Notes under the pieces: model-generated
Database searches by the model: none
Seen by the model: the letters and a program-made list of their open reading frames with translations, nothing else
What the model was told of the DNA's origin: nothing
Assembly: GCA_964493085.1 (NCBI GenBank)
Contig: CAZBLV010000010.1
Span: forward strand, 39,537 to 103,536
Source of the DNA: an uncultured Candidatus Saccharibacteria bacterium
Lineage (GTDB): Bacteria > Patescibacteriota > Minisyncoccia > Minisyncoccales > GWA2-38-27
Direction: 5' to 3'
DNA length: 64,000 nucleotides
Made by a program: the position numbers and the translations under genes
Part shown: positions 17,917 through 26,064 of the stretch, in pieces
How the letters are laid out: each line of letters begins with the position of its first letter
How positions within the stretch are numbered: position 1 is the stretch's first letter

Positions 17917-18714
17917 TTATATTCTAAAAAGAGCTCTGGCATTCCGGGTAGTGTCTTCTTTTACGTCCTTTTTTTTGATATCGGAAATTTTATCAAGGAC
18001 ATGGGTTATGAAAAAGGGTTCGTTCCTCTGCTTGTCTGCCATGGGCGGAGTAAGGTATGGGCAGTCTGTTTCCACCAAAATCCTATCTAGGGGCATTTTT
18101 TTAATTATTTTGTCAAGATTTAACTTAAAAATTATGCCGTTAAATCCAAGATAAAGCCCCATTTCCAAATATTCTTTTGCTTGCTTCCAGCTTCCAGTAA
18201 AGCAGTGAACTACCCCCCTTAAGGATCTCTTTCTTAATATTTCAATGAGATCGTCATGAGCTTTTCTGCAGTGAAAAATAACCGGCAGACTTAATTCTTC
18301 AGCAAGATCCAGCTGCCGAACAAGCTCTTTTTCCTGATTTTTTTTAAGCAAGGGGTCTTCGGCGCCGTAATAGTAATCAAGCCCCACTTCTCCGATAGCC
18401 ACTACTTTTTCAGAAGAAGCCAGCTGTTTGTAGTCTTTGCTGTTAAAACTTTCTCCTTTCGCCAAGAAATTCCCGTCCTCTTCGTCTGTTTTTATCTCTT
18501 TCATCCTTGCTGCAGTATAAAGAGGATGAAGGCCTATTGCGGCATAAACTCCTTCGGAATAAAGCTTTGCTATTTCCACTGCCCTTTTGCTGGTCTTATA
18601 TTTCGTCCCTATATTAACCATCCAAATTCCATAAGAAAGGCTTCTTTTAATAACTTCTTCTGAGTCCTTTTTGTAGGCGGCAAAGTTTAAGTGGCTGTGA
18701 GTATCAATTATCAT
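17917..18714 (-). CDS. tatD: TatD-family metal-dependent hydrolase (DNase).
   Basis: MIIDTHSHLNF..., HCFTGS, and ETDCPYL motifs. Confidence 0.85.
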   Translation of the reverse strand: MIIDTHSHLNFAAYKKDSEEVIKRSLSYGIWMVNIGTKYKTSKRAVEIAKLYSEGVYAAIGLHPLYTAARMKEIKTDEEDGNFLAKGESFNSKDYKQLASSEKVVAIGEVGLDYYYGAEDPLLKKNQEKELVRQLDLAEELSLPVIFHCRKAHDDLIEILRKRSLRGVVHCFTGSWKQAKEYLEMGLYLGFNGIIFKLNLDKIIKKMPLDRILVETDCPYLTPPMADKQRNEPFFITHVLDKISDIKKKDVKEDTTRNARALFRI

Positions 18715-18744
18715 ATTACAATACTACCAAACTGAAGAAATAAA

Positions 18745-18775
18745 AAAAGCGCGGCATTGGTTGTCGCGCTTTTAT
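18745..18775. terminator. Bidirectional hairpin terminator (csrA operon / tatD boundary).
   Basis: agcgcg-gcattggttgt-cgcgct flanked by A-run and T-run. Confidence 0.6.
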
Positions 18776-18781
18776 GTATAC

Positions 18782-18961
18782 TCACTTCTTACCGGCTTTT
18801 TCTTTAATGGCCTCCCATACCTCCTTCCGCCAAACAGGGATATGGGGAGGGGCTGTAATGCCAAGGCACACATTGTTTCCCCTGATATCCACTATCGTAA
18901 TCTCTATCTCCTCGCCGTTGATCAAAATGCTCTCGTTTTTCTTTCTTGACAACAAAAGCAT
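18782..18961 (-). CDS. csrA: Carbon storage regulator CsrA (59 aa); missed by the ORF track's 60-aa cut-off.
   Basis: Manual translation gives [59 protein letters not shown]. It aligns along its length with E. coli CsrA ([48 protein letters not shown]), including the conserved Arg of the RNA-binding face. Confidence 0.8.
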   Translation of the reverse strand: MLLLSRKKNESILINGEEIEITIVDIRGNNVCLGITAPPHIPVWRKEVWEAIKEKAGKK

Positions 18962-18988
18962 GCTCGTTCCTTCCTTGGCTTGGCGTTT

Positions 18989-19366
18989 TCAGAAATAAAC
19001 TTCCGACGGGACAGGGCTTCTCTTACCCATAATCTCTTCTATCTGGTGCCTGATCGCATCTTTGCTGGTAAGACAAGTAAAACGGGCTATCTCCTTTCCT
19101 TCCCTGAAAAAGATGATTGTAGGAAAAAAGAAAACAGAAAGCTCTTCGCAGACGTCTCTTCTCTCGTCTGCGTCAATCCAGGTGAAACCTATTTCCGGAA
19201 GATCGGGGTTGACGAGATCTGCATAAAGATTTTCAAGAACAGTCCTCATTTTATCGCATACATGATGCTTGTTGCGCCAAAAAAAGACTGCTATCTTGTC
19301 ATTCTCCTTAATCAAAGAAGCAATGTTTTCTCCGACAAGCTGGCTGAACTGCGGCTCTTTGCACAT
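18989..19366 (-). CDS. Thioredoxin-fold protein lacking the CxxC nucleophile (WRNKHHVC in place of WCGPC); co-operonic with csrA.
   Basis: DKIAVFFWRNKHHVCDKM...FPTIIFFREGKEIARF follows the thioredoxin beta-alpha-beta pattern. The likely start is MCKEPQF at 19366 (SD-like ggaaagga). The track extension to 19435 covers a TTGACA promoter and the upstream terminator. Confidence 0.55.
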   Translation of the reverse strand: MCKEPQFSQLVGENIASLIKENDKIAVFFWRNKHHVCDKMRTVLENLYADLVNPDLPEIGFTWIDADERRDVCEELSVFFFPTIIFFREGKEIARFTCLTSKDAIRHQIEEIMGKRSPVPSEVYF

Positions 19367-19444
19367 ATAATTCCTTTCCGTTGTTGTTTTAAAAGAACTG
19401 GAAAAAAGCTTATAAAAAAATCGGGCTTTTGTCAAGCATAAAAA

Positions 19445-19475
19445 AAGCCCCGCCTTTGGGCGGGGGTTTGGGTTC
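19445..19475 (-). terminator. Rho-independent terminator on the minus strand, closing the GC-rich segment upstream of the trx-like gene promoter.
   Basis: Minus-strand ccccgcc-caaa-ggcgggg followed by cttttttt; immediately followed by TTGACA-N17-TAAGCT. Confidence 0.65.
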
Positions 19476-19990
19476 TTCGGGATCAGGATGAGAAAAAAGG
19501 ACTTCCGCTAGCTTGTCGCAAGCAAGACAGAAAGCGACAGGGTCGTCCACCAGCCAGAACATCTTTTTTCTGGCTTCTCTCACTTTTTCTAGGCGCACCA
19601 TCTCTTGTTCCATAGGCTCTCCTATATCAACCGCGTTGCGGATTGTTTCAAAGACCGGAAGGCGCCTTCAGGCATCCGTGCTCCGGTCCCGAGGCCCCTC
19701 CATGACCTCTTGATTCAGCAAAGGCACGCAAAGGCAGCTAACACGGTCCAGAACATCTTCTCGGCTTCTCTCCAAGTCATCATTCTCTTCCGTCTTCAAA
19801 GAGCGGCTGTCCAGCTGCTACTCTCTGCTCATAGATTATAATATTGAATTCTCTTTGCTCCCTTGTTGTTTCCGACTCCTCCTGACCGCCTAGGCGACTA
19901 GGACGAAATGCTTTGTCTACTGCTCGAGCTGCACCGCCTTCTTGTGTCATCCTGCTCTCCCTACTAGAACATTAAAAGAACTGTAAAGAC
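19476..19990 (-). ncRNA. Candidate non-coding / sponge-like RNA or decayed small-ORF cluster: GC-rich (about 50%), GGA-enriched on the minus strand only.
   Basis: 18 GGA motifs on the minus strand against about 5 on the plus strand in 515 nt. Diverged direct repeats at 19526-19580 and 19742-19776. It has its own 3' terminator. See findings. Confidence 0.3.
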
Positions 19991-20009
19991 AATAATATAC
20001 CATTACTTA

Positions 20010-21464
20010 TTATTTGTCAATACCAATCCGGGGGAACAGGGATTTGGGCTTTTCGTATTTAAAATTAGAAAGGTTGGAATCTATCTCTATTCCTTTTTTA
20101 ATCTTTCCTGAAGCTTCCGGCAAAAAAGGAGAAATCGTGTCTGCTACTTTTTCTAAGGCAAAAAGCAAATTGCTGATTGCCTTTTCGTTTCTTTTTTCCC
20201 AGGGTTTCTCTTTATCAATATATTTGTCGCAAAAAGAAATTAAATCCCAGATTGCCCTTAAAGAATCATGAAATTTCAATTCCTCTAAAAGGCCTTCTGA
20301 CTTTTCTTGGGTTGCTTCTGCTCGCTTTTTAAAATCATCTGACGGCTCCTCCTTCAGGGGAAGGGTTTTCTCTGCCATTGTTCTTACTCGTGAGAGCAAA
20401 TTCCCTATTCCGGAAGCTAGGTCATAATTATACCTGTCTTCGAATTTTTTATAAGTGAAATCCCCATCTTCTGCAGGAGGAATCTCTCTTAACAGATAAT
20501 ATCTTACTGCGTCTGTTCCGTATTTTTCTGCAAGATCAAAAGGATCTATTACGTTGCCCAGACTTTTAGACATCTTTTGTCCCGCTACCAAGATAAAGCC
20601 ATGGACAAAAATGGTCTTGGGCAAATCAAGCCCCAAAGATAAAAGCATGCCAGACCATATTAAGGTATGAAATTTTAAAATGTCCTTGCCTATAAAATGT
20701 ACGTCTGCCGGCCAGTATTTCTCAAATTTCTGATCATCTCCCTCATATCCTATCGCTGAAAGATAGTTAACAAGAGCATCAGCCCAGACATATATCATTT
20801 GAGCTGGATCGTCCGGCACGGGAATTCCCCATTCTAAACTTTTCCGGGGACGGGAAAAACTTACATCTTCTAATCCTTGCCTAATAATCCCCAAAGATTC
20901 TTTTTTTCTTGACTCCGGAATTATCCTCATTCTTTCTTCTTCTATTGCTTTCTCTATTTCTTTTGAATATTTGGAAAGACGAAAAAAGTAGTTTTCTTCT
21001 TTAACCGTTTCAGGCTCTATTTTGTGATTTTTGCATTTGCCGTCTATCAAATCTTTTTCTGTAATAAAGGCCTCGCACCCTGAACAATAAAGACCCTTGT
21101 ACTCTTTTTTGTAGATATCATTGTTTTCTTTTAATTTCTGCCACACTTTCTTTACAGAAGGCCAATGTTTTTCTTTGTCTGTGGTGCGGACAAAGCCATC
21201 GTTAGACAGATTCAATGCCTCGCCCAGCTTTTTAAATTTTTCTGAAAGATCATCGACAAAATCCTTGGGCTCCAACCCCTTGGACTTCGCCGCCTTGGCA
21301 ATTTTAGATCCATGTTCGTCTGTTCCTGTAAGAAAAAAAGTGTCTTTTCTCTTTTTTCTTTGGAAGCGGGAAAAAACATCTGCCTGGACAGACTCTAAGG
21401 CAAACCCAATATGAGGCGGAGCGTTAGTGTAAGCAATGCTTGTTGTGATGTATGATTTTTCCAT
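20010..21464 (-). CDS. metG: Methionyl-tRNA synthetase.
   Basis: PPHIGFALESVQADVFSRF (HIGH), Zn knuckle CSGCEAF...C, KMSKSLGNVIDP. Confidence 0.95.
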   Translation of the reverse strand: MEKSYITTSIAYTNAPPHIGFALESVQADVFSRFQRKKRKDTFFLTGTDEHGSKIAKAAKSKGLEPKDFVDDLSEKFKKLGEALNLSNDGFVRTTDKEKHWPSVKKVWQKLKENNDIYKKEYKGLYCSGCEAFITEKDLIDGKCKNHKIEPETVKEENYFFRLSKYSKEIEKAIEEERMRIIPESRKKESLGIIRQGLEDVSFSRPRKSLEWGIPVPDDPAQMIYVWADALVNYLSAIGYEGDDQKFEKYWPADVHFIGKDILKFHTLIWSGMLLSLGLDLPKTIFVHGFILVAGQKMSKSLGNVIDPFDLAEKYGTDAVRYYLLREIPPAEDGDFTYKKFEDRYNYDLASGIGNLLSRVRTMAEKTLPLKEEPSDDFKKRAEATQEKSEGLLEELKFHDSLRAIWDLISFCDKYIDKEKPWEKRNEKAISNLLFALEKVADTISPFLPEASGKIKKGIEIDSNLSNFKYEKPKSLFPRIGIDK

Positions 21465-21510
21465 AACCTAAAACTAAACAGGGATGTCTGATATCTAATT
21501 TTAAGGACGT

Positions 21511-22536
21511 TTAGGCCGTTATTGCCTTTCCTTCTTTTCTTTTCTCTAGAAATTCTTTCGTAAATTCAAATAATATCCCGGCAAGAGGGATAACCAAAAT
21601 AGCTCCCATAATCCCCCAGAGTTTTCCTCCGATAACCATAGATATTAATACCAAAGCCGGCGGAAGACCGATTATTTTTTTCATTAAAATAGGAGAAAGC
21701 ACGTTGCCGTCAATCTGCTGAATAAGAATGAAGGCTATAAGCACAAAAAGAGCTTTCATCATGCTAAGAGGGAATATCAACAAAAAGAAAACTATCCCCG
21801 TCACAGCAGCCCCGAGGTAAGGAACAAAATTCAAAACCCCGGCCACTAAAGATAAAGTAAAGGGATATTTTACTCCGAAAAGGAGAAGAGTGATGTAGGA
21901 AGCAACCGCCACAAACAAGCAAGCCAAAACCCTTGCTCCGAACCATCCGGAAACCTTTTTCTTTCCCCTCTGCCAGATGTTTAGAGCCATGGCTTCGTAT
22001 TTTCTGGGGAAAACAAGCATTAAAGCCCGTTCCATTATCTTGTCTTCAATAGAAAGAAAAAATCCGGTGGCGATAACAAAAAGAGTTGAAGCCAGCCCTC
22101 CGAAAAGAGAAAAGGCGGCACTGAAAATATTGGCGGACATTGCTTCCAGGCTTCTCCCTAAGGCGGTGGTAAGAGACCTCATATTGTTAAAAGCCTCAAA
22201 TCCCAGGCCCTGTAAAGGAGGAGCGATTTTTTCAAAATAAAGGGGGAGAGAATCTACAAACTGATCAATTTCATGAGCAAAAATGGGGGTCACAAGGTAA
22301 ATTAAAAGCCCGAGAAAACCAAAGGCGGTGACGTAAACCGCTATTGCTCCAAACACTCTGGGTATTTTTCTCTTCTGCAGAAAATCAATGACCGGATCGA
22401 ATAAGACAGCGACTACCAAGGCAAAAATAAACCATATAAAAATGTCCCTGATAGAATAGAGCAGGTAAAAAACAATTACAATAATGGAAACCTTAAAAAT
22501 AGAATCCCAAGACAAGTTTAAATTTTGGTTTTCCAT
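21511..22536 (-). CDS. AI-2E family transporter (PerM/UPF0118) membrane protein.
   Basis: 8-TM topology, 341 aa, with a conserved GxxG-rich C-terminal half typical of UPF0118. Confidence 0.55.
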   Translation of the reverse strand: MENQNLNLSWDSIFKVSIIVIVFYLLYSIRDIFIWFIFALVVAVLFDPVIDFLQKRKIPRVFGAIAVYVTAFGFLGLLIYLVTPIFAHEIDQFVDSLPLYFEKIAPPLQGLGFEAFNNMRSLTTALGRSLEAMSANIFSAAFSLFGGLASTLFVIATGFFLSIEDKIMERALMLVFPRKYEAMALNIWQRGKKKVSGWFGARVLACLFVAVASYITLLLFGVKYPFTLSLVAGVLNFVPYLGAAVTGIVFFLLIFPLSMMKALFVLIAFILIQQIDGNVLSPILMKKIIGLPPALVLISMVIGGKLWGIMGAILVIPLAGILFEFTKEFLEKRKEGKAITA

Positions 22537-22538
22537 AC

Positions 22539-23810
22539 CTATAATTTTAATATTTTTTTAAAACTGGCCTGTTCTTTTGCCGGTCCTATCAAGGCCAAAT
22601 TAAGGTTTTCTGGCTTGAAAATATTCTCGGCAATTCTGGAAATACTTTTTCTATCTACTTTATTGATTTTATCATATATCTCTTTTAAAGTTAAAAATCT
22701 GTTTTCCATTATTTCTTGAATGCCGTAAAAAGAGGCCAAAGCGTCAGAAGTTTCTAAAGAAAGAGCCATTTTCCCCTTTAGGTTTTCTTTGGCTTTTTCT
22801 AACTCTTTCAGAGAAACTCCCTGATGTCTTATCTTTATAAACTCTTTTAATATCGCAGAAACCGCTTTCTCTGCTTTTTGATTGTCTACCCCTGCTCTTG
22901 CCATTAAAAAGCCTGTATCAGGATCGGAAAATGATTCGCAGGAAACATAATAAGCCAGACCCATTTCCTGCCTTACTTTGGTAAAGAGGCGGGAACTCAT
23001 CATTCCGCCTAAAATTACCGCCAGCACTTTTTGCCCGTATCTTTGTTCGGATAAAAGATTACAACCCCTCACTCCCAAACAAAGGTGGGTTTGGTCTGTC
23101 TTCCTCTGTTCTATAAGCGCCTCGGGCTCTTTTTGGCTTTCAACAACGGGGGGCTTCTTTAAAATATTTCTTTCGGCAGTTTTTAAGAAGCTCTTTTTTA
23201 TCTTTTCTTTTGTCTCGGCAACAGAAAAAGGAAAGTTTCCTGCTACACAGACCAGGGTTTTGGCAGATATGTACTGATTTTTGAAATATTCCAGTATGTC
23301 CTTTCTGGAAATTCCCTGCACGCTTTCTTGAGTCCCGGCAATGTCCCATCCGGCTGGCTGGTCCCCGTAGAGAAGCTTTGTCCAGAGCGACTGAACATGG
23401 TGCATCGGGTGGTCGTAATACATTTTTATCTCTTCTTTAACCACGCTTTTTTCTTTTTCTATTTCTTTGGGATCAAGCTGGGAGTTGAGAAATATATCAG
23501 AAAGCATATCCAGAGCCAGACTGAAATGATCTTTTCTTACTTTAATATAATATCCTGTGTATTCTTGTCCGGTAAAAGCGTTATAAACCCCTCCGACTTG
23601 ATCTAGGGGTTCTGCTATCTTTAAAGGACTCGGCCTTTTTTTAGTCCCTTTGAACAACAGGTGCTCTAAAAGATGAGAAATGCCGCTTATCTCTTTCTTT
23701 TCGTATTTGGATCCCGTGGCCACCAGAACTAAAAGAGTCGAGGCCTTGGTGCTTTTTTGAGGAATGGTGATAATCCTCAATCCGTTATCGGTTTTTGTTT
23801 TTTGAGGCAT
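22539..23810 (-). CDS. M16-family zinc metallopeptidase (insulinase-like).
   Basis: HxxEH motif HLLEHLLFKGT near the N-terminus; size and bipartite M16 architecture. Confidence 0.8.
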   Translation of the reverse strand: MPQKTKTDNGLRIITIPQKSTKASTLLVLVATGSKYEKKEISGISHLLEHLLFKGTKKRPSPLKIAEPLDQVGGVYNAFTGQEYTGYYIKVRKDHFSLALDMLSDIFLNSQLDPKEIEKEKSVVKEEIKMYYDHPMHHVQSLWTKLLYGDQPAGWDIAGTQESVQGISRKDILEYFKNQYISAKTLVCVAGNFPFSVAETKEKIKKSFLKTAERNILKKPPVVESQKEPEALIEQRKTDQTHLCLGVRGCNLLSEQRYGQKVLAVILGGMMSSRLFTKVRQEMGLAYYVSCESFSDPDTGFLMARAGVDNQKAEKAVSAILKEFIKIRHQGVSLKELEKAKENLKGKMALSLETSDALASFYGIQEIMENRFLTLKEIYDKINKVDRKSISRIAENIFKPENLNLALIGPAKEQASFKKILKL

Positions 23811-24480
23811 TTCTAAAAATTTCTTTAAACTTTTTTTTGGCGCCTAAAATCTGAAATCTGATTTTCAACAGCTGGCCCATCATCATAATCCTATTTTTAA
23901 ATCCCTGATACCAACCCCATTTTTTCTCTTTAACGATTACATCCAGGCCCTTGAGCAAAGGATAAGCTATTTTAAGATTGTTAATTTTGCAGAAATAATT
24001 CAAAGAAGTCTCCACTGCAAAGCCTTTTATGAACTTATCGGGAATGCTTTCAAAGATAAACCGTTTCATGGCCCTCTCTCCCGCTATTGCCAAAAGCGGA
24101 TCAATTCTAATGAAAAAAAGAGGCAAACCCCAGTAGCGGTCCCTTACGGCAACGGACATTGCAGCCCCCCCTTCTGCAACTGGATTCAGTAAAAGAGAAA
24201 CATGGTCCGAAGTAAGTCCGACTAAATCCGCATCAAAGAAAGAAATAATTTCAGCGTCTGTTTTCTCTACTCCGGCCTTCATAGCGCCTCCTTTTCCTTG
24301 GCTGCCTTCTAAAACCATCACTTCTGCTCCGAGCTTTCTGGCCACTTCGGCGGTTCTGTCTTGAGATCCGCCGTCTACAACTAAAACTTGGTCGATGCCA
24401 TTGTGGCTTAAAAGGACCTTTAGCACCGGGGATATGTTTTTCTCTTCATTGTATGCTGGAACAATTGCTGCGGTTTTCAT
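23785..24480 (-). CDS. Family 2 glycosyltransferase (dolichyl/polyprenyl-phosphate sugar transferase-like).
   Basis: AIVPAYNEEKNI...VVDGGSQDRT...DADL is a GT-A DxD architecture. Confidence 0.75.
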   Translation of the reverse strand: MKTAAIVPAYNEEKNISPVLKVLLSHNGIDQVLVVDGGSQDRTAEVARKLGAEVMVLEGSQGKGGAMKAGVEKTDAEIISFFDADLVGLTSDHVSLLLNPVAEGGAAMSVAVRDRYWGLPLFFIRIDPLLAIAGERAMKRFIFESIPDKFIKGFAVETSLNYFCKINNLKIAYPLLKGLDVIVKEKKWGWYQGFKNRIMMMGQLLKIRFQILGAKKKFKEIFRNASKNKNR

Positions 24481-25838
24481 TTAATATTTTTCCCGAGCTT
24501 GGAAAAGTCCTCGCCCGATAAAGCTTTTTTAATTGTCTCTTTAAGCAAAGATCCTTCAATCCTTATTTGCTCCATTGTATCTCGATCTCTTAAAGTTACC
24601 GTGTCGTCGTCTAGGGTCTGGAAATCGCAGGTAACAGAAACCACCACGCCGATCTCATCTCCCCTTCTGTATCTTCTTCCAATAGACCCCTTTTCGTCGT
24701 ATTGGGCAGAAAAATAGGGTTTGATTTCTTTATAGATCTCTTTTGCCTTTTTAATAAGTTCCGGCTTGTTTTTTACTAAAGGCAAAATCATAACTTTTAT
24801 CGGAGCCAGTTTCCTGTCAATCCTAAGAACCTGTTCCATTTCCTTAATGGATTGAGTGGTTTTTGTTCTCCCTCCTTCTACTTCTTCGTAAGCGTCGCAG
24901 AGAAAAGCGAAAAGAGACCTGCCTACCCCCACAGAAGTTTCTATGATATGGGGGAAATATTTACTGCCTGTTTTTTCGTCAGTATATCTAAGATCTTCTC
25001 CGCTGTTCTTGGAGTGGTTGGAAAGGTCCCAGTCCCCCCTGTTGTGTATGCCTTCAATCTCTTTCCATCCAAAAGGAAACTTATACTCTATATCTACCGC
25101 CCTTTTAGCATAATGAGCAAGCTCTTCTTTGCCTACTTCTCTGAACCTTAGGTTGTCCTTCTTAATGCCCAGATTTAGATACCAGTCCATCCTTTGTTTT
25201 TTCCAATAATTAAAAAATTCTTCAGAATTATTGGGCTCTGAAAACCACTGCATTTCCATCTGCTCAAACTCTCTAACCCTGTAAATAAAATTCTTAGGGG
25301 TAATTTCGTTCCTGAAGGCTTTGCCGATTTGGGCTATGCCGAAGGGGACTTTCTTCCTCATTGAGGTGACAACATTCTGAAAGTTTACATAAATTCCCTG
25401 ACAGGTTTCAGCCCTTAAATAAGTTTTTGAGGCCTCGTCTTCCAAGGGGCCGACAAAGGTTTTCATCATTAAATTGAAGCTTTTGGGCTTGGTCAGCTCT
25501 CCGCCGCAGTCCGGGCACTTATTTCCCTTTAAAAAATCTTCTCTAAACCGATGGTGACACTTTTTGCACTCTACCAGCTTGTCGGCAAAACCGGCTGTCA
25601 AATGGCCTGAAGCCTCCCAAACTTTGGGACTCATCAAAATAGCAGCGTCAATTCCTACAACATCATCTTCGATTCTGGTCATCTCCTGCCACCAAGAATG
25701 TTTAATGTTGTTTTTTAACTCCACTCCCAAAGGACCGAAATCATAACAGGAGGCAAACCCTCCGTAAATTTCAGAAGAAGGGAAAATAAATCCCCGTCTT
25801 TTAGAAAAAGAAATTATCTTTTGGAATAAATTTTCCAT
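24477..25838 (-). CDS. glyQS: Glycyl-tRNA synthetase, alpha2 (archaeal/eukaryote-like GlyQS) type.
   Basis: FPSSEIYGGFASCYDFGPLGVELK, class II motifs, and a C-terminal anticodon-binding domain. Confidence 0.9.
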   Translation of the reverse strand: MENLFQKIISFSKRRGFIFPSSEIYGGFASCYDFGPLGVELKNNIKHSWWQEMTRIEDDVVGIDAAILMSPKVWEASGHLTAGFADKLVECKKCHHRFREDFLKGNKCPDCGGELTKPKSFNLMMKTFVGPLEDEASKTYLRAETCQGIYVNFQNVVTSMRKKVPFGIAQIGKAFRNEITPKNFIYRVREFEQMEMQWFSEPNNSEEFFNYWKKQRMDWYLNLGIKKDNLRFREVGKEELAHYAKRAVDIEYKFPFGWKEIEGIHNRGDWDLSNHSKNSGEDLRYTDEKTGSKYFPHIIETSVGVGRSLFAFLCDAYEEVEGGRTKTTQSIKEMEQVLRIDRKLAPIKVMILPLVKNKPELIKKAKEIYKEIKPYFSAQYDEKGSIGRRYRRGDEIGVVVSVTCDFQTLDDDTVTLRDRDTMEQIRIEGSLLKETIKKALSGEDFSKLGKNIK

Positions 25839-25867
25839 TTCTTTATTCTAACTGATTTTGTTTAAAA

Positions 25868-25946
25868 TAAAAAGCCCCGCTTCTCTAATGTTCTCTGGAC
25901 AAGGGGAAACCAGAGAAACAAAAAGAGAGCGGGGCATGGGGGATGG
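25868..25946 (-). terminator. Long two-tier hairpin terminator (minus strand) 23 nt upstream of the glyQS start.
   Basis: Minus strand GCCCCGCUCUCU...UUCUCUGG-loop-CCAGAGAA...AGAGAAGCGGGGC then UUUUUAUUUU. Confidence 0.55.
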
Positions 25947-26064
25947 GCGGCCTCGTATACAATCCTGGCGGAGGCTACCAGGAGAGCGCTCATTTGCCCA
26001 TCCTTTTCAAAAAGAACTTAAAAAAAATAACATTTCGAGTTTTTTTGTCAATAGGTTTGCCAGA

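Noticed and set aside
19410-19613. 67-aa minus-strand ORF as a bona fide gene.
   Set aside because: Its reading frame runs through the Rho-independent terminator hairpin and the downstream TTGACA promoter before reaching a stop, so at least its C-terminal third cannot be a genuine coding region. It is kept only as a possible decayed mini-ORF within the GC island finding.
19600-19770. SRP RNA (4.5S) or RNase P RNA in the GC-rich island.
   Set aside because: There is partial similarity (GACCGGAAGG, CAAAGGCAG) to SRP domain IV, but no symmetric-loop or GNRA-helix-8 arrangement, and no RNase P P4 (AGGAAAGUCCGGGCUC) motif.
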